A DNA stretch of 62,903 nucleotides, the filler included, from Stramenopiles sp. TOSAG23-3 (lineage: Eukaryota): the NCBI GenBank assembly GCA_900128585.1. It is 9 parts of 9 records of this genome, joined end to end, with 100 filler letters (N's around TTAATTAATTAA, not from the genome) between each part and the next. Parts side by side here need not be neighbours in the genome. Positions count along the whole stretch, not along the records: positions 51,246 to 59,647 come from LT643022.1; positions 59,748 to 61,275 come from LT645727.1; positions 61,376 to 62,903 come from LT645728.1; 6 more parts are not named here. One strand, written 5' to 3'. Each line of letters opens with the position of its first letter. Positions within the stretch are counted from its first letter, which is position 1. Shown piece after piece: positions 51,590 to 62,903 of the stretch. Below the pieces are notes generated by a model. The model made no database searches. It was given only the letters and a program-made list of their open reading frames with translations, and had not been told where the DNA came from. Position numbers and translations under genes: made by a program.

Positions 51590-52137
51590 TTTTTTTCGCT
51601 TTCTTCTTCATTTTTAATGTTAATTATATTTATTAGGACTAACATAATAATAACTACTACGAGCGTAGTTATAAATTCCTCGTATGTTATTAAATATAAA
51701 TTAAAATATCTATTTTTTCGTGAATTTTTGCTTAAAGTACAATTATTATTCCTGTTTTTTTCAGATAAAAAAATAGCACAGGTAGACGACTACCGTACTC
51801 ACTAATTTATTATTCGTACCGGTCGGTAGCAAAAATAATAATTTAAACTATTAGCTAATACATAGCAGGTGGGAATAACTAAATCAACGAGAGGAGAGAG
51901 GAGGAGGAGACGACGTTTTATTTTGGTGGAGACGACGACGATTTTTCGTTCGTTTGTGCCTCCTGGTTCCTGGTACACAATACGAACTGAAGACGACAAC
52001 GGAAGACAGACTCCTCATGCAACGACATCCTACTATCTATTATAAATTTAAATACCGAAACCAGCCAATTCAGTAACAACGTTCTTTTATCCAACAAAGA
52101 AGTTCGCTTGCACACAGTTGGTTCATCATTTTACACG

Positions 52138-55100
52138 ATGAATGACCAGAGAATGAGGACGGTTGCGTCGGCCCGGGGTGTCGAACTATCGGTGAAGAAC
52201 CCGCTGCGCACGCGGACGCGAGGGGCGACGGTCTCGCACGTTCCAACGAGGGTGGCGGCGCGCAGCCAGGCAACATCAAAAAAGGGGAACGTGCGTTCCA
52301 GGCGCAAACGGAAGGCACCGGGCGCGAGGGCGAGCGCGCGGTCGTCCCGGAACGCCGCGAACCGTGCCAGGCGCTACGTCTCTGTCCTTTTGAGAAACTG
52401 GGTACTAATCGTGCTGACGCTTCTCGCGCTGCTGGGGGGGATCCTGGCCCTCGTCCTGTTCCTTTGGCCATGCGCGGCCCGGCGTGTGCCGACCCGGCAA
52501 ATCATCGTGGACCGGCTCGAGCTGCAGCAGACTGTATCCACCGCGATGTGCTCGGTCGGTGACAACGACACGAAAGCCGCAGGCTGCTACGACCCAAATT
52601 ACTTTGCTCCGTCCAACCGGACCGTGTGCGGCCCAACCACATGCTTTGATGACCAGGGGGGGCTGGTGCACCAAAAAGAAAAGTGTGCGCGCGAATGTGG
52701 GAACCAGGACTGCATCGAGCGCTCCGTGGACAGCACGACTGGGGAAAACGTCTGCAGCCGGTTCCAAACTTCTTGTGTTCAGCAGCGCCAACAGGCCTGC
52801 ACGGTCTCCACGGTGTGCATGGCCACGAACAACAGCGGCGCGTTCAGAGCCCAGGCCTGCGAGCCGCTTTCGGTAGAGTACTGCATCAATCCCCTGACAA
52901 AGGCAAGAACAGTCAAACCGCAAAACCGGTCGACGTGCGAGCCCGTGAAAGTGTGTAGGTACTGCGTCGACAACGGGACGCAGGAAAAGTTCAAATCGCC
53001 GTGCGTTGCTGGGCAGAGGGAGGTGGAGCAGGCCCCGGGCCTTAACGGGTACTGCCCGTCCGTAACGGAACGTGCGGACTTCGACGGTCTGGTGCTGCTG
53101 GATTATTCCCAGTCGCTGTTCGTGCGGAACGGGGCTGAAACATGCTCTTGCCGGCCGTTCTGGCAGTACGAAAACAAAAGCTACTACGGCTGCGCGGAAA
53201 CATCTGACTCAGTCGGGGAACCTTGGTGCAGGACGTTCGAGCAGAGCAGCTACAATCACTGTCCGGGGGGGAGCACTTCGGTGAAAAACCAAGGCGTTGC
53301 TAATCAGTACTCGCCTTACATTTACTGCCCCGGTCAAAGCACGTCCGCGGGGCCGGGCGGTGGTATTAACGGAACCAATTATTGGACTTCCGAAGTCGAC
53401 CTCACAACCGGCGTCCTGGTGGACTACTTGCACGAGAAACTTGCCCGGGCGAACAACGCACAATTTCAGCTCGGCGCCACCGCATGGTCAGACGAGCTGG
53501 TCGACGTAAACCAGAGCAGCTGGGGATTCTATGTGCCCATCATGTCAAAGGTAATGCCGATTGAGCTGACGACGTGCGTGGGTGAACCCGACCAGGGCCT
53601 GCCAGAGAAGTGCGGCGCTGGCAAGGTTCCGCTGAATGTCACCCTCAGCGCGTGGCGGGGAGCGATACCAATATCGAAAACGTTCTTTGCTCCGCCACTG
53701 TCGTGGTGCGCCAACGAAATTCGAAAACGCGGGAGCAATGCTACAAACCGGTTTCAGACGTGCATTTTGGTGACCGACGGGGCAAATGAGAACGTCGAGG
53801 CGAACGGGCAGTGCGCCGATAACCCCTCCAACGACCCACACTGCCCAGAATTTTGCGCCGAAAATGGAATTCCCAACAGCACGTGTGGCGTCCAAGAAAT
53901 TGTGAACGTGATGAAGCAGACACTGAACATCACCATCATCGGGATATACATCGATGTCGAACAAAACATTAGCAGTGCGAACGCAAAAAACTTGTTCTGT
54001 TACTCGTCATGCAACATGCGATACAAGAACATCACCGAGTGCAAGGAACGCACGGAGATTCAAGACCTTCAGAACTGTTCTTACTTGCTGGAGGGAAGTT
54101 TTCGAAACCAAAATGCCCTGAAGCAAAAACTAGGCCTGGTTGTGGACGAAATCTCAGCCACCGTGACGTCCAAGCTGTCGGTAAACATGGCCTCCATATC
54201 GGCAACCGAAGAAACGGAGACCATAACTGTGGAGAAAGTTGCGGGGGAGCAGCGGGTGAACAGCGTATTCAATGCAACGACAGCGGTGACCTCAGGGACT
54301 GTTACGGAAGGGTGCAACGACCCCGTCCACTTTTGGCTGCTAGTGTTTGTGATTCCGCTGGTCACGTACTTGCTGTACTTCCCCTTCAAACGGCGAATGG
54401 ACCGGCGAAAAGACCACATGAGGGGGCTGTTGCAGGCAAGGAAACGGTTAATAGCCCAGGCCAGGAAAGAGACCATGCGGACGATGTCTGTCTCAAAAAG
54501 TATGGCAAACATGGACGTGCACGTGAAGCGGCACACGGTGGCGTACGCGACGGCCAAGCCCGAAGAGGTGGACGAGCCCGCGTTGCCTGCAACCCCGGCA
54601 GAGCCAGAGGACCCAAAATGGGAAACATTCTACACGGACGATGGAACGCCATACTATAGGCACAGGAGAACAGGGGACGTCAAGTGGGAAAAGAAGCGGA
54701 CGAAAATGGTGACGGTGCGAAAGAAACGAGAGCCGGAGAAAACAGAGCCCCCAGCGAAGAAGGCGCCTCCCCGAAAGAAGTACAAGTGGGAAGTCAAGGC
54801 CAACACACATTACTTGTGGGCATCCCACAATCACGGAGGGATCATGAAAGTTGATTTTGGCAAGGTAAAACGTGCCCCGCCTTCGGCCCCTGGCAAGAGA
54901 GTGCGAAAAGTCAACTCGTGGGTGGAAGAGGAGGTGGAGGTAGATATTAGTAGCAGCGACGAGGAAGAGGAGATCGGGGAGACTAATAAAGGGAGAGAGG
55001 TCAAGGACGAACCAGAGGTGCTGTTTGACAAGGAAACGGGCATCTTGATCGATGAAACCATAGTCGACTCTGTCATGTCGGAGATCGAAACGGCAGACAC

Positions 55101-55635
55101 TCAGGAGAAAAGGGACAAGCTGGAAAAAGAGCTTCAAGAAGCCGAGGCGTTAGAAGCAGCCGGCTTGTTGAGAGAGGACGGGCTGTTTTGGTTGTCATGC
55201 TGCAAATGCTGCGTTGACGGGTTGGGACGCGGCGAGGTGGGCGACGACGAGGAAGAGGAAGAAGGGGATGATGTTGCAGAACCACTGCAAAATGTGGACA
55301 TTGGGACGCTCCCTGGAAAGTCTGGTGGTGCAACGACAGCGTCAGCGTCCCCAGTTCGTCGGCAACTAGACTTGAAGCCCAAGCAGGCAGGTGGCAGCAG
55401 GAGCAGCGGGAAAGAGCACTACCACAAGTACAAGACCGAGGATGGCGTCCCGTACTACTATTCCCGTAAACGTGGGGAAACGGCCTGGCAACTGCCCCCA
55501 AATGGAGTTGTTGTGGCGGAAGAGGATGAGTACGAAACGTACTACTTGGATGATGGCACACCGTACTATTTGAACAAGGTGACCGGGGAGACGGTGTGGA
55601 AAAAAAATACCACCAAGTTCAACCCGGCTGTTTGA
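52138..55635 (+). CDS. Two-TM surface protein: Cys-rich region, VWA domain with inserted fibronectin type II module, cytoplasmic tail with three WW domains
   Basis: TM1 WVLIVLTLLALLGGILALVLFLW. MIDAS LVLLDYSQS...ILVTDG. FN2 CSCRPFWQYENKSYYGC...PWC. TM2 FWLLVFVIPLVTYLLYF. WW x3 (DGxPYY...GExxW). Confidence 0.85.
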   Translation: MNDQRMRTVASARGVELSVKNPLRTRTRGATVSHVPTRVAARSQATSKKGNVRSRRKRKAPGARASARSSRNAANRARRYVSVLLRNWVLIVLTLLALLGGILALVLFLWPCAARRVPTRQIIVDRLELQQTVSTAMCSVGDNDTKAAGCYDPNYFAPSNRTVCGPTTCFDDQGGLVHQKEKCARECGNQDCIERSVDSTTGENVCSRFQTSCVQQRQQACTVSTVCMATNNSGAFRAQACEPLSVEYCINPLTKARTVKPQNRSTCEPVKVCRYCVDNGTQEKFKSPCVAGQREVEQAPGLNGYCPSVTERADFDGLVLLDYSQSLFVRNGAETCSCRPFWQYENKSYYGCAETSDSVGEPWCRTFEQSSYNHCPGGSTSVKNQGVANQYSPYIYCPGQSTSAGPGGGINGTNYWTSEVDLTTGVLVDYLHEKLARANNAQFQLGATAWSDELVDVNQSSWGFYVPIMSKVMPIELTTCVGEPDQGLPEKCGAGKVPLNVTLSAWRGAIPISKTFFAPPLSWCANEIRKRGSNATNRFQTCILVTDGANENVEANGQCADNPSNDPHCPEFCAENGIPNSTCGVQEIVNVMKQTLNITIIGIYIDVEQNISSANAKNLFCYSSCNMRYKNITECKERTEIQDLQNCSYLLEGSFRNQNALKQKLGLVVDEISATVTSKLSVNMASISATEETETITVEKVAGEQRVNSVFNATTAVTSGTVTEGCNDPVHFWLLVFVIPLVTYLLYFPFKRRMDRRKDHMRGLLQARKRLIAQARKETMRTMSVSKSMANMDVHVKRHTVAYATAKPEEVDEPALPATPAEPEDPKWETFYTDDGTPYYRHRRTGDVKWEKKRTKMVTVRKKREPEKTEPPAKKAPPRKKYKWEVKANTHYLWASHNHGGIMKVDFGKVKRAPPSAPGKRVRKVNSWVEEEVEVDISSSDEEEEIGETNKGREVKDEPEVLFDKETGILIDETIVDSVMSEIETADTQEKRDKLEKELQEAEALEAAGLLREDGLFWLSCCKCCVDGLGRGEVGDDEEEEEGDDVAEPLQNVDIGTLPGKSGGATTASASPVRRQLDLKPKQAGGSRSSGKEHYHKYKTEDGVPYYYSRKRGETAWQLPPNGVVVAEEDEYETYYLDDGTPYYLNKVTGETVWKKNTTKFNPAV

Positions 55636-56089
55636 TATAAATTTAGTGCCTTCTTAGTTCGTTTCAAATGAAAAAAACAAATTATATATAGACTAGTATG
55701 CTTTAAATTCTTAGTTCGTTTCAAATGATATTAAAAAACCATTAGTATTAATATATGATATTTTAATTTCTACTAAAGTTCAGTTCGCAGTACATTAATT
55801 TTACATAACAGCCAATTTTCTTGTCTTTAATTACTTAAATAACAGCCAAGTTTCTTGTTTTTATTAAAAAACAAATTATGTAGTATGCTTTAAGACTCCC
55901 ATTTTATATCAATTACGATTTCGTTTCCATTAGTCGCCTATTTAATTGATTCTATGTTTTTTTTTAAAGTCGCTATTTAAAAACAAAAATAATGGCTGTT
56001 ATATTTAGGTGGTACGTATTTAAGAAAACATTCTCGTAAATATTTTTTTTGGGTTGTTATTCCACTGATGATTGTAACGTTCACTAACT

Positions 56090-56677
56090 CTACCTTACCA
56101 CTCGATCCACATACCCATAAAGATCAGTATTCACTTTGACACGCAGTTTCTTAACCAAGTGCGTTATAAGTTCGTCTTGGCGATGTTCGACGGCGACTCT
56201 CAAGGGTGTTGCGCCGCTGTCATTGGTTTCTTCCACTTTGAATTCAAATCGAAGAATCAGTTTCTTGATTGCTTTCCAACAACCATTCTTAGCAGCTATG
56301 TGAATGGCAAGGTTACCTTTCTTCGATTTTGCCCTTGCATTAACATTGAACAGTTCTTTCAATTCCATCATGGCTTTTGTATCATTGCACTCCACGGCGC
56401 ACAGAAACGGTGTGAAGCCCCGTTTGTCCGTTATTTCTTGAGCGCCACTGTACGACAAACGGCGAACAATGTCGACGAATGATTCTGACTTGTGGCACTC
56501 CATGGCATTTAGCAGGCTTCGGTGCAGAAAACAAAGGCGACAATTATATATCGTATTCGTTGCGCGCTCGTACAGTATACTTTGATTATGCTCACAAATG
56601 TCTGCCTCTAACCTTTTCATTGACCCATACAACACATCTAACTTTTCTTCATCCTCGTCCGAGGAAATCTCATTCAT
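56090..56677 (-). CDS. Short ankyrin-repeat protein
   Basis: GFTPFLCAV, GNLAIHIAAKNG, GATPLRVAV. Confidence 0.75.
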   Translation of the reverse strand: MNEISSDEDEEKLDVLYGSMKRLEADICEHNQSILYERATNTIYNCRLCFLHRSLLNAMECHKSESFVDIVRRLSYSGAQEITDKRGFTPFLCAVECNDTKAMMELKELFNVNARAKSKKGNLAIHIAAKNGCWKAIKKLILRFEFKVEETNDSGATPLRVAVEHRQDELITHLVKKLRVKVNTDLYGYVDRVVR

Positions 56678-57359
56678 CGAACTTTACTTGTTTGTCTATG
56701 TACATAAAATACGTTGATGCGTAATCCTCTTTGTTATGGTACGACAATCTTCACTACACTACAATTTGTTTCTTGCTTTTTCTATTTATCTTTCCAATTG
56801 AACATTTGAATACTTTCAAAGTAAATCAAAAGTGTTGAAAATTATACCTAGGTACCGAATTATTTTCAAAATTCAATGAAAACTGATTAAAAAAAAATAT
56901 GAAATAAAAAAAAAGAAGTAAAAAATAATAATAGTAGAATAGGAGGGAGGAACAATACATTTATTAAGTATAGTTACTGCTTTTTGCCTATCTAATTACA
57001 TATAAAAAATTATTATTCCACAAAACCTACTCAAAATAATAACCGTTTGGGAAAGTACTCTTACGAATACATGAGAGAGACACAGAGGAGAGAAGAAGAG
57101 GTAAATAGGTAGGAAGAGGAGGAGAAGAAAAATATTATTTAACTACCGCAATGGTGGTGTTATTAACGATTGTACAAATGTGGCAGTAAGTTCTGCACGT
57201 TTCCTATTTGCCTTTCTCCTCTTTCTGACCGCCTTTCTTTCTCTATTTGATCGAACCGGCTTTCTTTATTTTATATTTAATTCCCGAAAAAGAATAGAAG
57301 GAAAATTTTCAGTCTTACAAAGGAGCGGTTGAACGAACCATTTTGTCATTGCTTCGATC

Positions 57360-57518
57360 ATGTCGTCCGTTCTCGATGCCGCGGACGCCGTGGACGCCGG
57401 CAATAGTAGCTATGAGAAAGAGAATGGGGAGGATGGCATGAACGTCGTCGCTGTCAAACTACTAGATCACTCGAAGGAACGGGAGAGAGAAAGAGGGAGG
57501 TCGCTAAACATTTTTTAG
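57360..57518 (+). CDS. Short ORF or gene remnant (52 aa)
   Basis: GC-rich island in AT-rich DNA, MSSVLDAADAVDAGNSSYEKENGEDG... No domain recognised. Confidence 0.25.
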   Translation: MSSVLDAADAVDAGNSSYEKENGEDGMNVVAVKLLDHSKERERERGRSLNIF

Positions 57519-58207
57519 CTAGACGGCTATAAGGTAATCAAATTATTTATAAATATTTTTTTAATATTATTATAGTAGAAGAATACACTGTTACATTGCC
57601 CAAAAACTACCTGGACCGTTCTCAATTCCTTAGTTGTCCAAAATAATGCTCAATAGATGATAACAGATGACTTCTCTATCTTCTATCATATTAGACGACT
57701 GTATATATCCTCCCTCATATTACAATATATTTAATAGTCCAAATGTACATAGTCACATAGGCATCACATCATACGCACAGCAGACACCCTCCAAATCCAA
57801 GATGGATGGATGATGATCCGGTTGTTGAAGATGTGTACATTTTTTTTAACCGATATTTCCAATAATTAATAATATATATGAACAACTCCACCGAAGCAAG
57901 TTACTTGGTAAATTACTAGGACTACTAATAATCTTATAATTATACAAAGAAGTATGACAAAAGTACGAGGAGTTTCTTCTCCTTCCTCCTCCTTGTTTTT
58001 TCAATTATTTATGTAACGAAATAAAAAATGTGGATCGCGGGAGAATTCTTCGTCGTACCCAACGTTTATGATTATAGAGTATTGTCATCACTCTCATGGG
58101 TCATCTCAACAAATGAATGTGTGCCAACAAAATGATGGAAATCAACGCGTTGCTGCGAATGCGAAAGATTTGTCACTTTTAGCACAGGGTATGATCAGAA
58201 TCAGGGT

Positions 58208-59317
58208 ATGATCAGAATCCACAACTGTGCCTTGATTAGCATTCTCGTGCTGGTATCTTTGCATACGTTGATTGCATCGCCTCCTCCACTAAACCGTACA
58301 ATTGCAACCATTTCAGAGCACAGAGATGACTACGTCATCCCCCGGCGCTATGTGCTTATACCAGGGCATACAAAGCCAACAAAGGCGCCCCTCTCGTTCC
58401 GTTATCCCGATCGCAGAATCAACGGCTAGAAAAGTACAGTTTAGCGCTGGACGGTGCAATCCAGACCGACGCCTCATATATTGAGAGAAGAGACGCACGC
58501 AATTTTACCATTCGTCAATTCCAAAAAGAGTACGCATCAATCGGGAAACCAGTAATTATTACCAACATTGAAGACGCAGACAAATCTTTTAGGGAACTGA
58601 AAAAGGTCTGGACACTGGATAGCTTGGAGAGTAGGTATGGGCATGTAAAAGTGGATATATCGACAAGCGCTGACATCGTCGCAATCCAACGGCTTCTTTC
58701 TTTGCAAGAGTGTCCCGATCACTCGGCAAACTCAATAAGAATGAACGTATCAACCTACATCAAACAGATTCGGAACAAAAAATGGTTAAAAAACAATCCA
58801 CCATATTTGTTGAGGACTCTTTCAGGCGATATGTTAGAGTCTTTATCCTTTCCATCAAGGCGATATGTTAGAGTCTTTATCCTTTCCATCATATTTCCAA
58901 GGGGATCAATGGAGTTTCCCTGAAAACATTAGAAAAACGAAAGCTCTTTTCTCTTTGGGCCCAGCAAATAGCTTCACAGGATTCCATTTGCACTCTGCCG
59001 CGTTCAACTACGTCGCCCATGGTGCCAAAAAGTGGATCATTTACCCACCACGGGCTAGCCCCGACATTGATTTTCACCACGATGGAGACACGCTCTCGCA
59101 CTTTTTCAAGACGAAGCAAAGGCAGCCGAGCAAAAATAACGAAAAGCCATTAGAAGCGATACAGACAGAAGGCGAAATTATGTTTATTCCAAGTAGCTGG
59201 CTTCATGCAGTGGTCAATATCGGCCAAGATCCTACCGTCGCCGTTGCGGTGGAGCTGGGATGGGATACATTTTACGAGAAGAATTTCAATAAAATACCTT
59301 GTCGTATGCCTTGTTGA
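58208..59317 (+). pseudogene. JmjC (JMJD8-like) protein with signal peptide, broken by two frameshifts
   Basis: IERRDA..F..EY...KPVIIT, GFHLHSAAFN..HGAKKWIIYPP, QTEGEIMFIPSSWLHAVVN. Breaks lie near the C5 run at ~58338 and at the 34-bp duplication 58824-58891. Confidence 0.8.
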
Positions 59318-59747
59318 TAGAAGACCCAAATTTCAAAACACTTTATGAAAATCTACGTAATTCTAAAAAAAGTTAAAAAAATTATACAACTACTACTATA
59401 AAACAAGAAAAATTGGCTGTTTTATTTAAAGTACTACTAAATATTCCTCTCGTAATTTCTAAGGAACAGCCAATTTTTGTTTCTTTTCCTAAGACTTTCC
59501 CGGCAGTCATAATACAATAGTTTTTTAATTAAGAATTTAGATTACACCGTGATCTAAATAACAGCATTATTGGCTGTTATTTTATAGTAATTAAAATTAA
59601 AGAAAAAAGAAGGTGTCAGTTCAAGAACAATATCTCCTCCTATTGCANNNNNNNNNNNNNNNNNNNNNNNNNNNNNNNNNNNNNNNNNNNNTTAATTAAT
59701 TAANNNNNNNNNNNNNNNNNNNNNNNNNNNNNNNNNNNNNNNNNNNN

Positions 59748-60951
59748 CTCTTAAGTTTTCAGGATCCCCCTTCCGTGGGGACGAAGGCCGGCTGCTTATG
59801 CTTTCCGTCTCCGAAACGACCGGCACATTGACCATCGCCACAATTTTTCCAGCCTCTGTCTCCACAAGCTGCTGTACCGTATTTTTCTGCTGAACGTCTG
59901 TAGGGCTTTCTTTCATTACATTCCATTTATTCATGCCCTTGATTTTGGTTGCTTGAAAGCTCTGCAAAGATGCAGCGTTTGCAGCTACTGATCCAATGAT
60001 CTTTTTCGCATAAAGGGACTCAGATGGCGGGCATTTCGTTCCCTTAGATAGACCTTTTCCTACATAATACTTGTGGACTTTAACGTTTTCATGTGCGCCT
60101 AGAAACAGCTTTTGTTTTTGATTTTCTTCCTTGAGGTAGTCATCCCGCTTCACACCGTCGATCTGTAGTTGCAACAGCTGTGTCGTGATTGTTCTTCCAC
60201 CCACATTGTCAGATTCTTCAGGACTGTCGTTGTAAAAGCGCGATGGAGTAGGGCTACGCGGCCTTTCAAGTCGATTCTGAGCTATCTGCTCCTGCTGCCA
60301 CTCGCGCCGTTGTCTGCGCTCGCGCGCTTCTTCATCTTCCGCACTGTTGTTTTCTTGAACCGGCTGCCCGACAGCTTCCTTGTTGGGAGATGAAGGTCTC
60401 GAATTGTTTGGGGAGGACGGGTGCACAGCATTTTTGTACGTTTTCATTTGCTCTACACGCTTTGCTGCGGCAACCTTCTTTTCGTACTCAACTATCCGCT
60501 CAGCAAGAATTTTTTGCCTATGATTATTTTGAGATCTGCGCTTCAGTCGGGTTGCAGGTCGTCTTTGTTTCAGCGCCCCAGGCGATGGTGGCCTCGCTGG
60601 GATAGCCCGTCGGTTCGACCTCCTCTCACTCCCCAAGAAGGGAGCCTTCTGATTTCGAGCGTGCCTACTTCTCACTGCAGCATGAGCAGATGCTGGACGC
60701 TGGCGGCCGCGCTGATTTCGTAATTGTCTTTTGAACCCAGACATCGATATCTTCGTAAACCGTTTGGTTCCCAAAGTGTACGCAGACATGGGCCGGGATC
60801 GTCTGCTCCTTCCATTGGAATTGGAGGGTTGATGAGCATTCAAAGCTCGCGCTGACGAAGAAGGGTGGGGCAAAAAATCATTTAATGTCCCTAGCAAATT
60901 GTTCACCGTAAGTTTTGGAGATATCATTCTGGCAGAAGCAGTGGATGCCAT
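59748..60951 (-). CDS. Basic low-complexity protein with RPxS(A/P) motifs, 3' truncated
   Basis: Open frame of 400 codons with RPMSA, RPASA and RPSSP motifs. Confidence 0.7.
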
Positions 60952-61378
60952 CGGTATTGGCGCTGTACGATACGTTCGGGCGCGGACTTCTTCTCTTCCG
61001 CCCGAAAAGTTTTGCTTTCAGTGAAATGGAGCACACTATCTCTCTAATACTTGTTGAAAACAAGGAAAGGAAAAGATTCAGGTCAAAAAGCTTTAGAATT
61101 TGATGGTTGATCGTGATGTACATTAGATCTAAGTCATCGTATACAGTTTTATAATTATGTCATAGTACCTGTAGTATACTCATCATCTGGAACACCCTCG
61201 CTTCAATATTTGAAGACAAAAAACCCAAGATGTATACGTAGTTTTAAGTAAAAAATCACAATGCATACTTCGTAANNNNNNNNNNNNNNNNNNNNNNNNN
61301 NNNNNNNNNNNNNNNNNNNTTAATTAATTAANNNNNNNNNNNNNNNNNNNNNNNNNNNNNNNNNNNNNNNNNNNNTCT

Positions 61379-61464
61379 CTTTTCTTTTCTTTTCTTTTCT
61401 TTTCTTTTCTTTTCTTTTCTTTTCTTTTCTTTTCTTTTCTTTTCTTTTCTTTTCCTTTCTTTTT
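61379..61464 (+). repeat. (CTTTT)n microsatellite
   Basis: Read directly at the contig start. Confidence 0.9.
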
Positions 61465-61884
61465 CAAAGTAACCTCCTCCTCCTCCTACCTCCTCTTCTA
61501 TTGAAAATATTAAAATATTTTATAAATAACACCACCGTAGTAATATAAAAATACAACTAAACTATACAATTAAAAAAAAAAAAAAAAAAATGAAGAACAG
61601 AAGAAAGAAGAAGTTATAGTTTGTCGTTATTATTATTAGAGAGAGGAGAGTTACTTATTAGGTACGAAGTAATAATTTACAACAAACAGTTTGGAAAGAA
61701 GAGAAAGAAAGAAATGTATTACAAATAGAAAAAAGTATTCCATACTTATTAAATTATAGAACAATCGAAAGAATCAGGTGTGGGTACGTATTTGTGGAAC
61801 GAACAAACAATCAACCAGAGAGAAAAAAAAGAAGACTAGCTTTTCATCGCTTTCTCTCCAACCACTTACCCGTAAATACACAAA

Positions 61885-62718
61885 ATGGCGGAACGCATGC
61901 TTCTTGCCGCGCTCAAAGAGATTTCGCTCAACCCGAACATCGATGTACAAAAAGTTGTCATGAAAACGCTCTTGAAACTGTCCGACAACGTCTTGAATAA
62001 ACCCGCCGTCGAAAAGTACCGAAGGATTCGCCCAGAAAACCCCCAAATCAAGTCTCGCATCTTTGACGTCAAGGGTGGGCGAACGGCCCTCCGGGGGATA
62101 GGGTTTGGGCTGTCGGAGGACAAGTGCACGGCCATCCTGCGCCAGAGAATGCAGGAGCTAGAGGACGGGAACGCGTTGGGGCAGCAGCAGGAAAATTCAA
62201 ATAGTAACGCGAACCGGGACCCGGCCAGGGGGTACGTTCGACGGCAGGGCCCGCAGGCCAACGATTTCAAGCGCTTCAAGGACGGGATCCAAGGGCTACG
62301 GGATCGTTGGAGCGAAACCAGCTTTGTCCTCAGCCGCGGCGCCCCGAGGACGCCCGGCCAGTTAGTCATCGTAGAGAAGAGCGTGGAGATCGCCCACGAG
62401 TTCCTGGAACTGCTGGAGGCGACCGCCAGGGAGTACGACTGCCTCCAGGGCTACATCTACCAGCACCTGGTGCACAAGTGCGGCAACGGGGACGAGACGG
62501 TTGCGAACCGGCTCCGGGCGGAGGGCCAGGCGACGTGCCAGGCCATCGTAGACGGCGCAGAACGGTTTCGGCAGACCCTACGCGTAAAAATTGCCGACGA
62601 TGCAGATTTAGACACCGCCCGTCGGGCTGTCCTTGATACGAGAGAGTTCATTCGTTTGCTAAAGGAGGAAGCCGGGAAAGCCGGAACAACCCCGTTCAAC
62701 TTATTGCAGGAGTTGTGA
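61885..62718 (+). CDS. PUB-domain protein
   Basis: KTLLKLSDNVLNKPAVEKYRRIRPENPQIKSRIFDVKGGRTALRGIGF. Confidence 0.85.
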   Translation: MAERMLLAALKEISLNPNIDVQKVVMKTLLKLSDNVLNKPAVEKYRRIRPENPQIKSRIFDVKGGRTALRGIGFGLSEDKCTAILRQRMQELEDGNALGQQQENSNSNANRDPARGYVRRQGPQANDFKRFKDGIQGLRDRWSETSFVLSRGAPRTPGQLVIVEKSVEIAHEFLELLEATAREYDCLQGYIYQHLVHKCGNGDETVANRLRAEGQATCQAIVDGAERFRQTLRVKIADDADLDTARRAVLDTREFIRLLKEEAGKAGTTPFNLLQEL

Positions 62719-62903
62719 GTCGAAATTCAAAACAGTATGAGTATTTGTATTTCATTATATTTATACAATACTACTGGTACGTACCATCCTCCATGCAATG
62801 AGATTTGCTTCTTATTATTTTTTTACAAAAAATTGAATTGTGATGATATTATCTTATTACTATTATAACTACTACAATTATTATTATTACCTATCACATG
62901 ATG

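Overview
Eukaryotic nuclear DNA from an intron-poor, flagellated protist, with very AT-rich low-complexity intergenic DNA and GC-richer ORFs. A heterotrophic stramenopile is my guess, by inference only. The window is not one locus. It is nine unordered contigs (8464, 8457, 8452, 8439, 8426, 8407, 8402, 1528 and 1528 nt, in descending length) joined by 100-nt N/TTAATTAATTAA linkers, so neighbourhood across a linker means nothing. About 30 protein genes are present. Recognisable ones include PP1, ADA2, a SPOUT1-type methyltransferase, a Rad21/Rec8 kleisin, a patatin lipase, TMEM145/GPR180, a nucleotide-sugar transporter, an M43 protease, and PUB, LRR, ankyrin and EF-hand proteins. The strongest candidate for an undescribed system is a minus-strand non-coding cassette at about 26983-27640: TATA box, tRNA-like element, second tRNA-like element, a ~286-nt multi-helix RNA that I cannot assign to a family, tRNA(CAT) 4 nt further on, then T5. 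This layout suggests a tRNA-punctuated Pol III precursor. Other notable items are a dynein microtubule-binding stalk spliced to two OmpA-like domains, a CID-PCIF1 cap methyltransferase, a DENN-pseudoTBC fusion, a VWA receptor with an ANTXR-like tail, a 373-bp foldback element, and a repeat family concentrated in gene 3' flanks. Several frameshifts look like homopolymer or duplication assembly errors. All assignments come from reading motifs by eye; no searches or folding programs were run.
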